Shown here in pieces: positions 57,254 to 64,000 of a stretch of 64,000 nt of DNA; the first letter of the stretch is position 1; the number at the start of each line of letters is the position of its first letter. The translations under genes were made by a program, and so were the position numbers. Source of the DNA: Patescibacteria group bacterium (lineage in GTDB: Bacteria > Patescibacteriota > Patescibacteriia > Magasanikbacterales > GWA2-37-8); the NCBI GenBank assembly GCA_022710645.1, contig JAKLGL010000001.1, positions 100,152-164,151 on the forward strand. The letters are read 5' to 3'. Below the pieces are notes generated by a model. The model searched no databases, had not been told where the DNA came from, and saw nothing but the letters and a program-made list of their open reading frames with translations.

Positions 57254-58429
57254 TTAGTTGACGCATGATACGAGGTTGTGATCAACACACCGCACGTTCT
57301 CAACGTGTTTGCCGGCAGTCGAACCTTCGCCCTTGGCGTTCATCGGCAATGATGAAGTAATGGAACAGAACCCGATACTACGGTACCAGATTGTCATGCC
57401 GGTAGAATTGAAATAATCAAAACCGCGGTTATTCTGTCCGGCATTCCATCCTTCGATGTAATTGCCAGGAACAAGCTCGGTCAAGATCACTTTGTCCTTG
57501 CAGGACTCCGAAGTTATCGGATTCTGAATCGTCGGCACAACATCAATGTCAGTGTCGGGAGTTTCGTCGACATCCGCAAGGACATCGTCTTCACTCTCCA
57601 CCACCGAATCATTGTCGGACTCACTGATTTCATCAGTATCCGAAGCTTCATCAACTTCTTCAGCTGAATCGCTATCAGGAGTTTCATCAACAACCGGATT
57701 GTCGTTGATTTCGACATTGTCTACATCCGACGCTTCATCCACAACTACATCTTCATCATTGACCACATCTTGCGCGATCAAGCTAACGAAAATTTCTCCA
57801 TTTTCCTCGTCGAATGTGTATCCATCGCCAGGTAGAAGTGTGACAACAAGTGTCTTATCCTGCGACAGCATCTGAAGAACTTCGAATGTCAGAGGTACGG
57901 CGCTGACACCTTTGGGAATAACGAACTTATTCTGGCCACACGTCTCCGGCATGCTATTGATGGCATAATCGATTCCGAGATAAGCACCAGCTAACTTGTA
58001 AGATACACAGATGTCATTTTCCGATTTGCCGGAAATAACGCTAAAAAAGACGGAAATAAATTGATCACGCTTGGCCGAGGTCGGTTCGCCGAAGGCTAAT
58101 TCGATCTCGGGTAAGATCTCGTCGGCATCGGAAACCAGTTCATCATTCACGATATCATCAGTCACCTTTTCTTCGTCAACGAATATTTCATCGTTGATTT
58201 CGGAATCGGTTTCTGCTTCGTTTATGAGCAACTCATCACTGTCGTTTTCAGATTCATCAGTCACGACATTACTGTCATTTTCCGATTCATCAGTGAGTTC
58301 CTCATCAACGATACTGTTGTTGTCTCCCTTTTCCTCGACAGAGGAATTGGTTGACGCCAACGGAACGCAAGAAACGGCAAGCATGGAAACCATCGCGAAA
58401 ACGATCGCGAAAATAAAACCTTTTTTCAT
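57254..58429 (-). CDS. Acidic Calx-beta-like lipoprotein with a Cys-containing C-terminal domain (cassette d)
   Basis: RBS GGAGG and an ATG at 58429 (MKKGF...). Lipobox AVSC. Asp/Glu/Ser/Val low-complexity arms flank a Calx-beta-like core (...DYAINS...KFVIPKGVSAVPLTFEVL...TLLPGDGY). C-terminus has 5 Cys. GC-rich codons. Confidence 0.7.
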   Translation of the reverse strand: MKKGFIFAIVFAMVSMLAVSCVPLASTNSSVEEKGDNNSIVDEELTDESENDSNVVTDESENDSDELLINEAETDSEINDEIFVDEEKVTDDIVNDELVSDADEILPEIELAFGEPTSAKRDQFISVFFSVISGKSENDICVSYKLAGAYLGIDYAINSMPETCGQNKFVIPKGVSAVPLTFEVLQMLSQDKTLVVTLLPGDGYTFDEENGEIFVSLIAQDVVNDEDVVVDEASDVDNVEINDNPVVDETPDSDSAEEVDEASDTDEISESDNDSVVESEDDVLADVDETPDTDIDVVPTIQNPITSESCKDKVILTELVPGNYIEGWNAGQNNRGFDYFNSTGMTIWYRSIGFCSITSSLPMNAKGEGSTAGKHVENVRCVDHNLVSCVN

Positions 58430-58631
58430 GGTAGCCTCCAATGAAAAGTTATTGTTGGACTCTTTCTCTAAGTTTTAAGGAACTTTGGGATTATTACTCC
58501 CAGCTAAATTTTCAATTTCTTGAAAATCTACCTACGGGCAATAAAAAACTCTCTTTGAAATAAGAGAGTGCGGAAATTCGCTGTTTTTACCAATCCGCGC
58601 TCTCTCCAACGCTTTTTGATTTTAACGTGAT

Positions 58632-58660
58632 ATTATAGCACATTTTGGCACTTTTGTCAA
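58632..58660 (-). promoter_or_regulatory. Family promoter module, copy d (perfect TTGACA-17-TGcTATAAT)
   Basis: Minus strand reads TTGACAAAAGTGCCAAAATGTGCTATAAT. Confidence 0.75.
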
Positions 58661-58669
58661 TACCTTAAC

Positions 58670-58687
58670 TTGGCTAATATTAGCCAA
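58670..58687. promoter_or_regulatory. Perfect 18-bp palindrome TTGGCTAATATTAGCCAA, 10 nt upstream of the -35 of copy d
   Basis: Read directly from the sequence. Confidence 0.45.
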
Positions 58688-58734
58688 ATTTACTTTAGCT
58701 TATTTTAGCCAAAATAGCTAAAATTAAACAAAAA

Positions 58735-58754
58735 GGCGGCCCTGAAGGGCCGCC
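58735..58754 (-). terminator. Intrinsic terminator of cassette e
   Basis: Minus strand: GGCGGCCCttcaGGGCCGCCtttttgttt. Confidence 0.65.
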
Positions 58755-58775
58755 GGTTAAAGGTTTAGAAAGTTA

Positions 58776-61622
58776 TTAAAGTCCATCGTGAGTGCAAGTA
58801 TTCACATCGGGGTGGTAGAACCCCACACCCGTACAGACCGGGATAGTCTGCTGGACTGCGCTGGCATTGAAACACTGTGCACTGCACCAACCAGTACTTA
58901 CGAAAAACGCACTGGCCGCACCCTGGAAATTCTGCGGGTTTCCAAGGTGATCATAGAAGACACAGTGGTCGGCGCTTGATGATGTTTTGATGGTGAAGGA
59001 ATTACATACCGACGAGCTCGGTCCCTGGGGCGTATAAACGACCCTTTCGGAACACGAGTAAACGGTAGAGGTAATACTGTCGGGCAAACCATCCTGATTA
59101 GCATCGGGACCGCTCTCGATCCTTTTGCCACCGTGCTGACAATTTGCTCCGACCGGCTCATCAGTGATACGAACAGCTGTGGAAACTCCATCAGCTCCAT
59201 CGCTTCCATCCGTTCCATTAGTGCCATCCGTACCATCTTCACCGTCCTCACCGGGCACACCATTGCAGACATACTTGGTATTGAGAACTTCGACTGCATC
59301 AAGCGTGCCATTGCTGTTGAGGTCAAGGCCGGTTTCGATTTTCTGACCACTGTACTGACAGTTGAGACCAGCGGGTTCAAAGACCACATTCACGAGTGAA
59401 TTAAGGCCATTGGCGCCGTTTGTCCCATTCGTACCATTGGTGCCATCCGTGCCATCTTCTCCGTCTTCACCGTTGCAGACATAGGCAGTGGAATTTTCTT
59501 CACCAAGGTTCAGGATGTTGTCATCGTTGTAATCAACACCTGTCCTGGTACGCTGTCCACCGTTGCCATAAGCATCACAGTTTGTGCCGACCAGAATGTC
59601 GACTACCGTCAAACTGTTATGCCCATTAGCACCGTTTGTTCCATTGGTTCCGTCAGTTCCGTCCGCACCATTGCAGACGTAGGAAATGAACTGAACTTCT
59701 CCGGGGTTAAAATTCCCCGAATCATTCAGATCTATTCCCGCTCTGATACGAGTACCGCCGTTGCCATAAGCATCACAGTTGGTGCCAACCAGAGTGTCGA
59801 CTACTGTCAAGCTGTTATGCCCGTTAGCGCCGTCAATACCATCCGTACCATCGGTACCGTTAGTTCCATCGCTTCCATCAGTTCCATTTACGCCGTCGAT
59901 CCCAGGAGCACCGTCCGCACCGTTACAAAGGTAAACAGTGGAAGTTATCTCCGAATCTTCGAGCGTATTGGAATCATCCAGGTCAAGCCCGGAACGGAAA
60001 CGCAAACCGCCGTTGCCGAAGGTGTCACAGTTGGTGCCGACAGTTGAGTCCTGGATTGTCAGTGAGTTATGACCGTTCGTGCCATTGGTTCCGTTGGTAC
60101 CGTTTGTACCGTCAGTTCCATCTGTGCCGTCCGTGCCATCTTCTCCATCTTCACCATCTTCACCGGGAGCGCCGTCACAAACATAAGTTGTCGCGCTCAC
60201 TTCTCCAGCATCCAGAACACCGTTATCATCCAGGTCAAGCCCGGAACGGATCCTTTGGCCGGTACCGTTGAGGGCATCACAATTGACACCTACGACATTA
60301 TCATAGGCAGTCAGCGAATTGTGACCATTGGTTCCGTTGGTGCCGTTTGTACCGTCAGTTCCATCTGTGCCGTCCGTGCCATCTTCTCCGTCTTCCCCGT
60401 TACAAGAATACCCGACAGAAGTCACTTCAGTAGCATCGAGAATATTATCGTCGTTGATATCCACACCTGCGCGTGTGCGCTGTCCGCCATTAGCGCAGTT
60501 GGTTCCGACAACATCGTCAATAACTACCAGACCATTATGGCCGTTAGCACCATCTGCACCGTCAGTTCCATTGGTACCATCGGTACCGTTAGTTCCGTCA
60601 ATACCGTCCAGGCCATCAGCGCCGTTGCAAAGAAATTGGGTGGAGTCTATTTCACCCAATTCAAGCACATTATTGCGCGCCGTACTGCCGAGACCATCGC
60701 CGTTATCAAGTCCGGAACGGATCCTGATTCCGCCATTGCCATAAGCATCGCAATTGACACCTACGACATTGTCGTAAACAGTCAGAGGATTAAATCCGTC
60801 AGCACCGTCTTTGCCGTTACAGTTATAGGAAACTGAATCGACTTCGACCGCATCAAGCGTATTATCTCCGTCATCATCGACACCTACTCTGGTGCGCTGT
60901 CCACCGTTGCCGTATGCATCGCAATGAGTCCCTACGACATCATCTACGAGAACGAGACTGTTGTGACCATCCGCACCATCTGCGCCATTGCAGATGTATT
61001 TGGTGGAATCTACTTCCACCGCATCAAGCGTACCGTCAGCATCGTCATCAAGACCGGAACGGATTCGGAGTCCGCCATTGCCATACTTGTCACAGTTGGC
61101 TCCGACAACATCGTCGGTAATGGTCAAACTGTTCTTTCCGTTCGTACCGTCTTCACCATCTTGGCCATCCTCACCGTCCTGACCGTCTTCACCATCACAG
61201 ACATAATCCGTTTTGGTGACTTCATCGGAATCAAGGACATCATTGTTGTTCAGGTCAATGCCTGACTCAACTTTTTTCCCGCCGTTTGTGCAGTTGGTAC
61301 CTTTGGGTTCGTCAGTGATGTTAACCAGCGATTTACTGCCGGCTTCACCGTCGTCACCCTTTTCACCGTTGCAAACGAACTCGGTGGACTTGATCTCATT
61401 CTTGTCGAGCTTGCCGTCATCATCGACATCAACACCCGACTCCACTTTCTTGCCGCCGAACTCGCAATTGTCGCCTTCGGGTTCATCGCTGACGAGAACG
61501 AGCGAATCGTGCCCGTCATCACCCTTGGCGGTACTGTTGTCTTCAGCCATCGGAAGGGAACATCCGGCCGTGAACATGGCGAAAACTATCGCCACCACGA
61601 AAACGGTGTTAAAATACTTCTT
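58776..61622 (-). CDS. Giant repetitive lipoprotein: about 14 Cys-pair/DxDxDG calcium-binding-like units separated by collagen-like Gly-X-Y tracts, with a Cys-rich C-terminal domain (cassette e)
   Basis: RBS GGAGGA and an ATG at 61622 (MKKYF...). Lipobox FTAGC. Unit pattern: HNSLT..D..VG.NCD.YGNGG.R.R.G.D..DD..LD..EV.S..Y.CNG.DG.DG, then (GTD/GTN) 3-10 times. C-terminus has about 10 Cys. Confidence 0.8.
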   Translation of the reverse strand, partial: KKYFNTVFVVAIVFAMFTAGCSLPMAEDNSTAKGDDGHDSLVLVSDEPEGDNCEFGGKKVESGVDVDDDGKLDKNEIKSTEFVCNGEKGDDGEAGSKSLVNITDEPKGTNCTNGGKKVESGIDLNNNDVLDSDEVTKTDYVCDGEDGQDGEDGQDGEDGTNGKNSLTITDDVVGANCDKYGNGGLRIRSGLDDDADGTLDAVEVDSTKYICNGADGADGHNSLVLVDDVVGTHCDAYGNGGQRTRVGVDDDGDNTLDAVEVDSVSYNCNGKDGADGFNPLTVYDNVVGVNCDAYGNGGIRIRSGLDNGDGLGSTARNNVLELGEIDSTQFLCNGADGLDGIDGTNGTDGTNGTDGADGANGHNGLVVIDDVVGTNCANGGQRTRAGVDINDDNILDATEVTSVGYSCNGEDGEDGTDGTDGTDGTNGTNGTNGHNSLTAYDNVVGVNCDALNGTGQRIRSGLDLDDNGVLDAGEVSATTYVCDGAPGEDGEDGEDGTDGTDGTDGTNGTNGTNGTNGHNSLTIQDSTVGTNCDTFGNGGLRFRSGLDLDDSNTLEDSEITSTVYLCNGADGAPGIDGVNGTDGSDGTNGTDGTDGIDGANGHNSLTVVDTLVGTNCDAYGNGGTRIRAGIDLNDSGNFNPGEVQFISYVCNGADGTDGTNGTNGANGHNSLTVVDILVGTNCDAYGNGGQRTRTGVDYNDDNILNLGEENSTAYVCNGEDGEDGTDGTNGTNGTNGANGLNSLVNVVFEPAGLNCQYSGQKIETGLDLNSNGTLDAVEVLNTKYVCNGVPGEDGEDGTDGTNGTDGSDGADGVSTAVRITDEPVGANCQHGGKRIESGPDANQDGLPDSITSTVYSCSERVVYTPQGPSSSVCNSFTIKTSSSADHCVFYDHLGNPQNFQGAASAFFVSTGWCSAQCFNASAVQQTIPVCTGVGFYHPDVNTCTHDGL
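60084..60147. repeat. Intragenic near-identical 64-bp repeat, copy 1
   Basis: cattggttccgttggtaccgtttgtaccgtcagttccatctgtgccgtccgtgccatcttctcc. Confidence 0.8.
60326..60389. repeat. Intragenic near-identical 64-bp repeat, copy 2 (one mismatch versus copy 1)
   Basis: cattggttccgttggtgccgtttgtaccgtcagttccatctgtgccgtccgtgccatcttctcc. Confidence 0.8.
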
Positions 61623-61809
61623 CATCACATCCTCCACGCGACATCAGTCGCTTAAGCAGTTATTAATTCCCGAAATACCAAAAATATATTTTTCTAAACC
61701 TTATATTTTCAAAGAACTTTTGCTCTCCTTTAGTTCAAAATCAAGACAAATAAAAAATCGGCTCTCTCCTTGATTTTGAGCTAAAAAAGAACATAAAATT
61801 TAACATAGT

Positions 61810-61838
61810 AAAATAACACATTTTGACGATTTTGTCAA
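61810..61838 (-). promoter_or_regulatory. Family promoter module, copy e (TTGACA-17-TGtTATTTT)
   Basis: Minus strand reads TTGACAAAATCGTCAAAATGTGTTATTTT. Confidence 0.6.
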
Positions 61839-61894
61839 GGGTATTTAGGCACATATAAACATAGTACTTATTTATCTAAAATAAAATAAAAAAA

Positions 61895-61914
61895 GGCGGC
61901 CCCGAAGAGCCGCC
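61895..61914 (-). terminator. Intrinsic terminator of cassette f
   Basis: Minus strand: GGCGGCtcttcgggGCCGCCtttttttatttt. Confidence 0.65.
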
Positions 61915-61971
61915 GATAATATATATCAAAACGAAAATTTTTCCTTGTTTTACGCCCAGGTTAGGCGCATG

Positions 61972-63276
61972 CTATTGGCATTTGTTGGAGTTGTCTCCGT
62001 TCCATATAGCCAAGATACTGCATCCCAGCTTCTGGAACCAGTTGGTATTATTGCCGATGCCGGTGTGTTTTCCGCCAGCTTCAAATTGCGCCGAAGGATT
62101 ACCGTTGGCATCATAGCACATAACTGAGCACCAACCGGAGATCATGAACTTGGTGTAGCCATCGATATTATTCTCGATGATCCTTGTTCCTCCACCTTGT
62201 CCTTCACCCCAGCCAACACAGCTCTTTATTGTCGTGGTCGGCTTTACCCACCAGTCAGTACAGTAGTTGGTCGGACCTGAAGCGGTCTGAACCTCTTTTT
62301 CTGTACCACCATCATCGTCTTTGACGGTCAGGTTGAACTCTTTGTTCGAACCTATCGTGGTATATCCTGTAGGAGTTCTGAGTTTGAAATTGACCTTGAG
62401 CTCCGGCTGTGAAATATTGTCATTGTTTACCTTAACGGTAAATGTTTTGACGCTTTCACCATGCAGAAACTCTACTTCCTTTCCATTGAGATAATCGCCG
62501 GAAGGGTTGAAGGTCAAGCGAGAAAGATCTCCTGTCGCGACCACAGTCACTGCAACTTTGTCGGTCGAAACCGAACGCTTGACAGTAACAGTTGCCGTAT
62601 CCGAGGAGCTATTTTCCGTAATCGTTGCCGACACGGATTCAAAGTTGAACTCCCCGTTGAAGGTTCCGTCATCTTCCAGGATGGTGACGCGGGCTTCCTT
62701 GGTTTTGATCTCAAAATAATTACTCTGATCAATAGTTACCACGATCTCGCGGTTACCATTGTTCGTTTCATTGTTGATAGAGGTCAACTGGAACTTCGCC
62801 GATTTTTCGCCAGCGGAAATGTTCAGTTTATCTCCATTGAGACCTGACACCAGGTAATCCTTGTTGCGGATAGCATCACCGCTGAAACTAAGTGATGCGT
62901 AGATATCGTACTTTTCAGCGCGATTCAGCGTCACATAGATCTCGGCAATACCGCCGTTCTCGTTGATCTTTTCGGGAGCGGAAATGCTCGCCGTCAGATC
63001 TTCGTCGTCAGTATCAACATCCGAATCTGACGCAGTGTCAGTATCGACATTGTCGACATCATCTTCCGCAACATCCTCATCAACGGTTTCGTCCGCCTGA
63101 GTGTTGTCGTTGACGACATCGTCTTTCACGGTCTCGTCACTCACCGCGTCATCGTTGACGGGTTCATAGTCGTGACCATTGTTGTTGTTGAGCTCTTCGC
63201 CCGTTCCGGGTGTGACATAGCAACCTGCAAGAAACATCGTGGCAACCGCCACGAAAAAAACGCTAAGCTTCTTCAT
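61972..63276 (-). CDS. Calx-beta-domain lipoprotein with an acidic N-terminal arm and a Cys-rich C-terminal domain (cassette f)
   Basis: RBS GGAGGA and an ATG at 63276 (MKKLS...). Lipobox LAGC. Two Calx-beta-like modules (...YDIYASLSFSGDAIRNKDYL...VTILEDDG; ...VTVVATGDLSRLTFNPSGDYLNGKEVEFLHGESVKTFTV). C-terminus has 6 Cys. Confidence 0.7.
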   Translation of the reverse strand: MKKLSVFFVAVATMFLAGCYVTPGTGEELNNNNGHDYEPVNDDAVSDETVKDDVVNDNTQADETVDEDVAEDDVDNVDTDTASDSDVDTDDEDLTASISAPEKINENGGIAEIYVTLNRAEKYDIYASLSFSGDAIRNKDYLVSGLNGDKLNISAGEKSAKFQLTSINNETNNGNREIVVTIDQSNYFEIKTKEARVTILEDDGTFNGEFNFESVSATITENSSSDTATVTVKRSVSTDKVAVTVVATGDLSRLTFNPSGDYLNGKEVEFLHGESVKTFTVKVNNDNISQPELKVNFKLRTPTGYTTIGSNKEFNLTVKDDDGGTEKEVQTASGPTNYCTDWWVKPTTTIKSCVGWGEGQGGGTRIIENNIDGYTKFMISGWCSVMCYDANGNPSAQFEAGGKHTGIGNNTNWFQKLGCSILAIWNGDNSNKCQ

Positions 63277-63550
63277 GATGTCCTCCATCAGAAAAGTTAT
63301 TGTTGTACCTGTATATATTCTGAAACCTTATTTTCGTTGATATATTGTAAAGAACTAAATCTTTTCTATCTCCACCTGAAAAATCCGGTGGAAAATGAAA
63401 AAGATAAATATTTTCTATCATCCTGAATCCGAAGGGTGAAGGATCTGTAAATAAGGTAAATCTTTGTTTTAAGATTATTGCTTATTGCAGATTCTTCCCC
63501 GCCTAGGCGGGTCAGAATGACAATGTGATTATTGGTTATTTTGTTACATT

Positions 63551-63565
63551 TTGTTACTGTAACAA
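63551..63565. promoter_or_regulatory. Perfect palindrome TTGTTACTGTAACAA just downstream of the -10 of copy f
   Basis: Read directly; it overlaps the predicted transcription start region. Confidence 0.35.
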
Positions 63566-63571
63566 CGCTAT

Positions 63572-63600
63572 ATTATAGCACATTTTGACGATTTTGTCAA
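63572..63600 (-). promoter_or_regulatory. Family promoter module, copy f (perfect TTGACA-17-TGcTATAAT, plus extended upstream block shared with copy c)
   Basis: Minus strand reads TTGACAAAATCGTCAAAATGTGCTATAAT. Upstream CCCTCCTTCG...CGGGCAAGTAGTC (63601-63640) matches copy c. Confidence 0.75.
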
Positions 63601-63865
63601 CCCTCCTTCGCTAAAGCTACGGGCGGGCAAGTAGTCTTAATTTATCTAATCTTAGAGAAATTTTATCCGCAAAAAGTGACCTAAATCCCCTTTTGCGGAT
63701 GATTTCTCTTACAAAAAAACGCCAAAGGAGAGATTATGGCGATTTTTTGTCAGCGGATTTTCATCTGCCAACCTAAATTTCTCTCCGAAAATTCAAGTTG
63801 AAAGACCAATTTTAATTTACACTTCTCTGAACACTATTTGTATACGATAATGTTCAAGGAAATGT

Positions 63866-63887
63866 GGGGCGGATTTTAACCCGCCCC
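63866..63887 (-). terminator. GC-rich hairpin downstream of the partial gene at the window end
   Basis: GGGGCGGattttaaCCGCCCC. No clear T-run follows, so terminator function is uncertain. Confidence 0.35.
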
Positions 63888-63910
63888 GTGAAAGAAAGAG
63901 CTCTGCTGTG

Positions 63911-64000
63911 TTAAAGGGACGCACACCTGAACGGGTCGCAATCCCAAGCGCAGACCTGAGTAGTACCGTTTTCACCGCCGTTACAGGAGCCGCATTCAAC
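63911..64000 (-). CDS. 3' end of a further Cys-rich secreted-protein gene (partial, start beyond the window end)
   Basis: Minus-strand frame reads ...VECGSCNGGENGTTQVCAWDCDPFRCASL*. Six Cys in 29 residues, GC-rich codons, and a hairpin downstream, all matching the cassette lipoprotein C-termini. Confidence 0.45.
   Translation of the reverse strand, partial: VECGSCNGGENGTTQVCAWDCDPFRCASL

Noticed and set aside
57254-61637. Track-assigned N-termini MEATMKK / MEDVMKK / MEDIMKK for the three lipoproteins
   Set aside because: The first codon is TTG/GTG/ATG lying inside the GGAGG Shine-Dalgarno sequence. The downstream ATG AAG/AAA AAG at the proper spacing is the likely start, giving standard lipoprotein signal peptides.
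59133-61773. Many plus-strand ORFs of 60-255 aa (such as 60069-60836, 60328-60744 and 61213-61773) inside the giant lipoprotein gene
   Set aside because: They are antisense artefacts of a GC-rich, highly repetitive coding region. Their translations are Ser/Pro/Val low-complexity repeats mirroring the Gly/Asp/Thr repeats of the real frame.
1-64000. CRISPR arrays, transposases, integrases, tRNA or rRNA genes
   Set aside because: No regularly spaced direct repeats with unique spacers, no DDE/serine/tyrosine recombinase-like ORFs, and no tRNA-like cloverleaf or rRNA-like segments were seen in any intergenic region. The cassettes show no flanking target-site duplications that I could detect.

Overview
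This is an AT-rich, gene-dense bacterial chromosomal segment; its content and gene order would fit a reduced-genome Patescibacteria/CPR-like organism, though I cannot confirm that from sequence alone. Most of the window is housekeeping: recR, a dTDP-sugar cluster with four consecutive GT2 glycosyltransferases, an FtsW/RodA-family protein, a membrane-anchored Clp-type AAA+ ATPase, mraZ-rsmH-ftsL, a beta-CASP RNase, murJ, lepA, recJ, a second glycan cluster (GT4/GT2, epimerase, subtilase, WbaP-like priming transferase), rlmN, a Ca-type P-type ATPase, transketolase, an LtaS-like protein, hpf, murB, an ATP-grasp ligase, mraY, a Bpt/ATE-like transferase and murC. The most striking signal is a family of six complete minus-strand cassettes plus one partial. 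Each is driven by the same near-identical consensus promoter module (TTGACA, 17-nt spacer, TGnTATAAT) and closed by a GC-rich hairpin terminator. Their coding sequences are visibly GC-richer than the surrounding genes and use C/G-ending codons. They encode three Calx-beta or Ca-binding-repeat lipoproteins with Cys-rich C-termini, one of them a 948-aa collagen-like/DxDxDG repeat protein that carries near-identical intragenic DNA repeats. They also encode a paralogous pair of membrane-anchored proteins and two small cytoplasmic proteins. A second unexplained element is a roughly 560-bp hairpin-dense non-coding region (35566-36130) enclosed by terminators. No rRNA, tRNA, CRISPR array or transposase was recognised.
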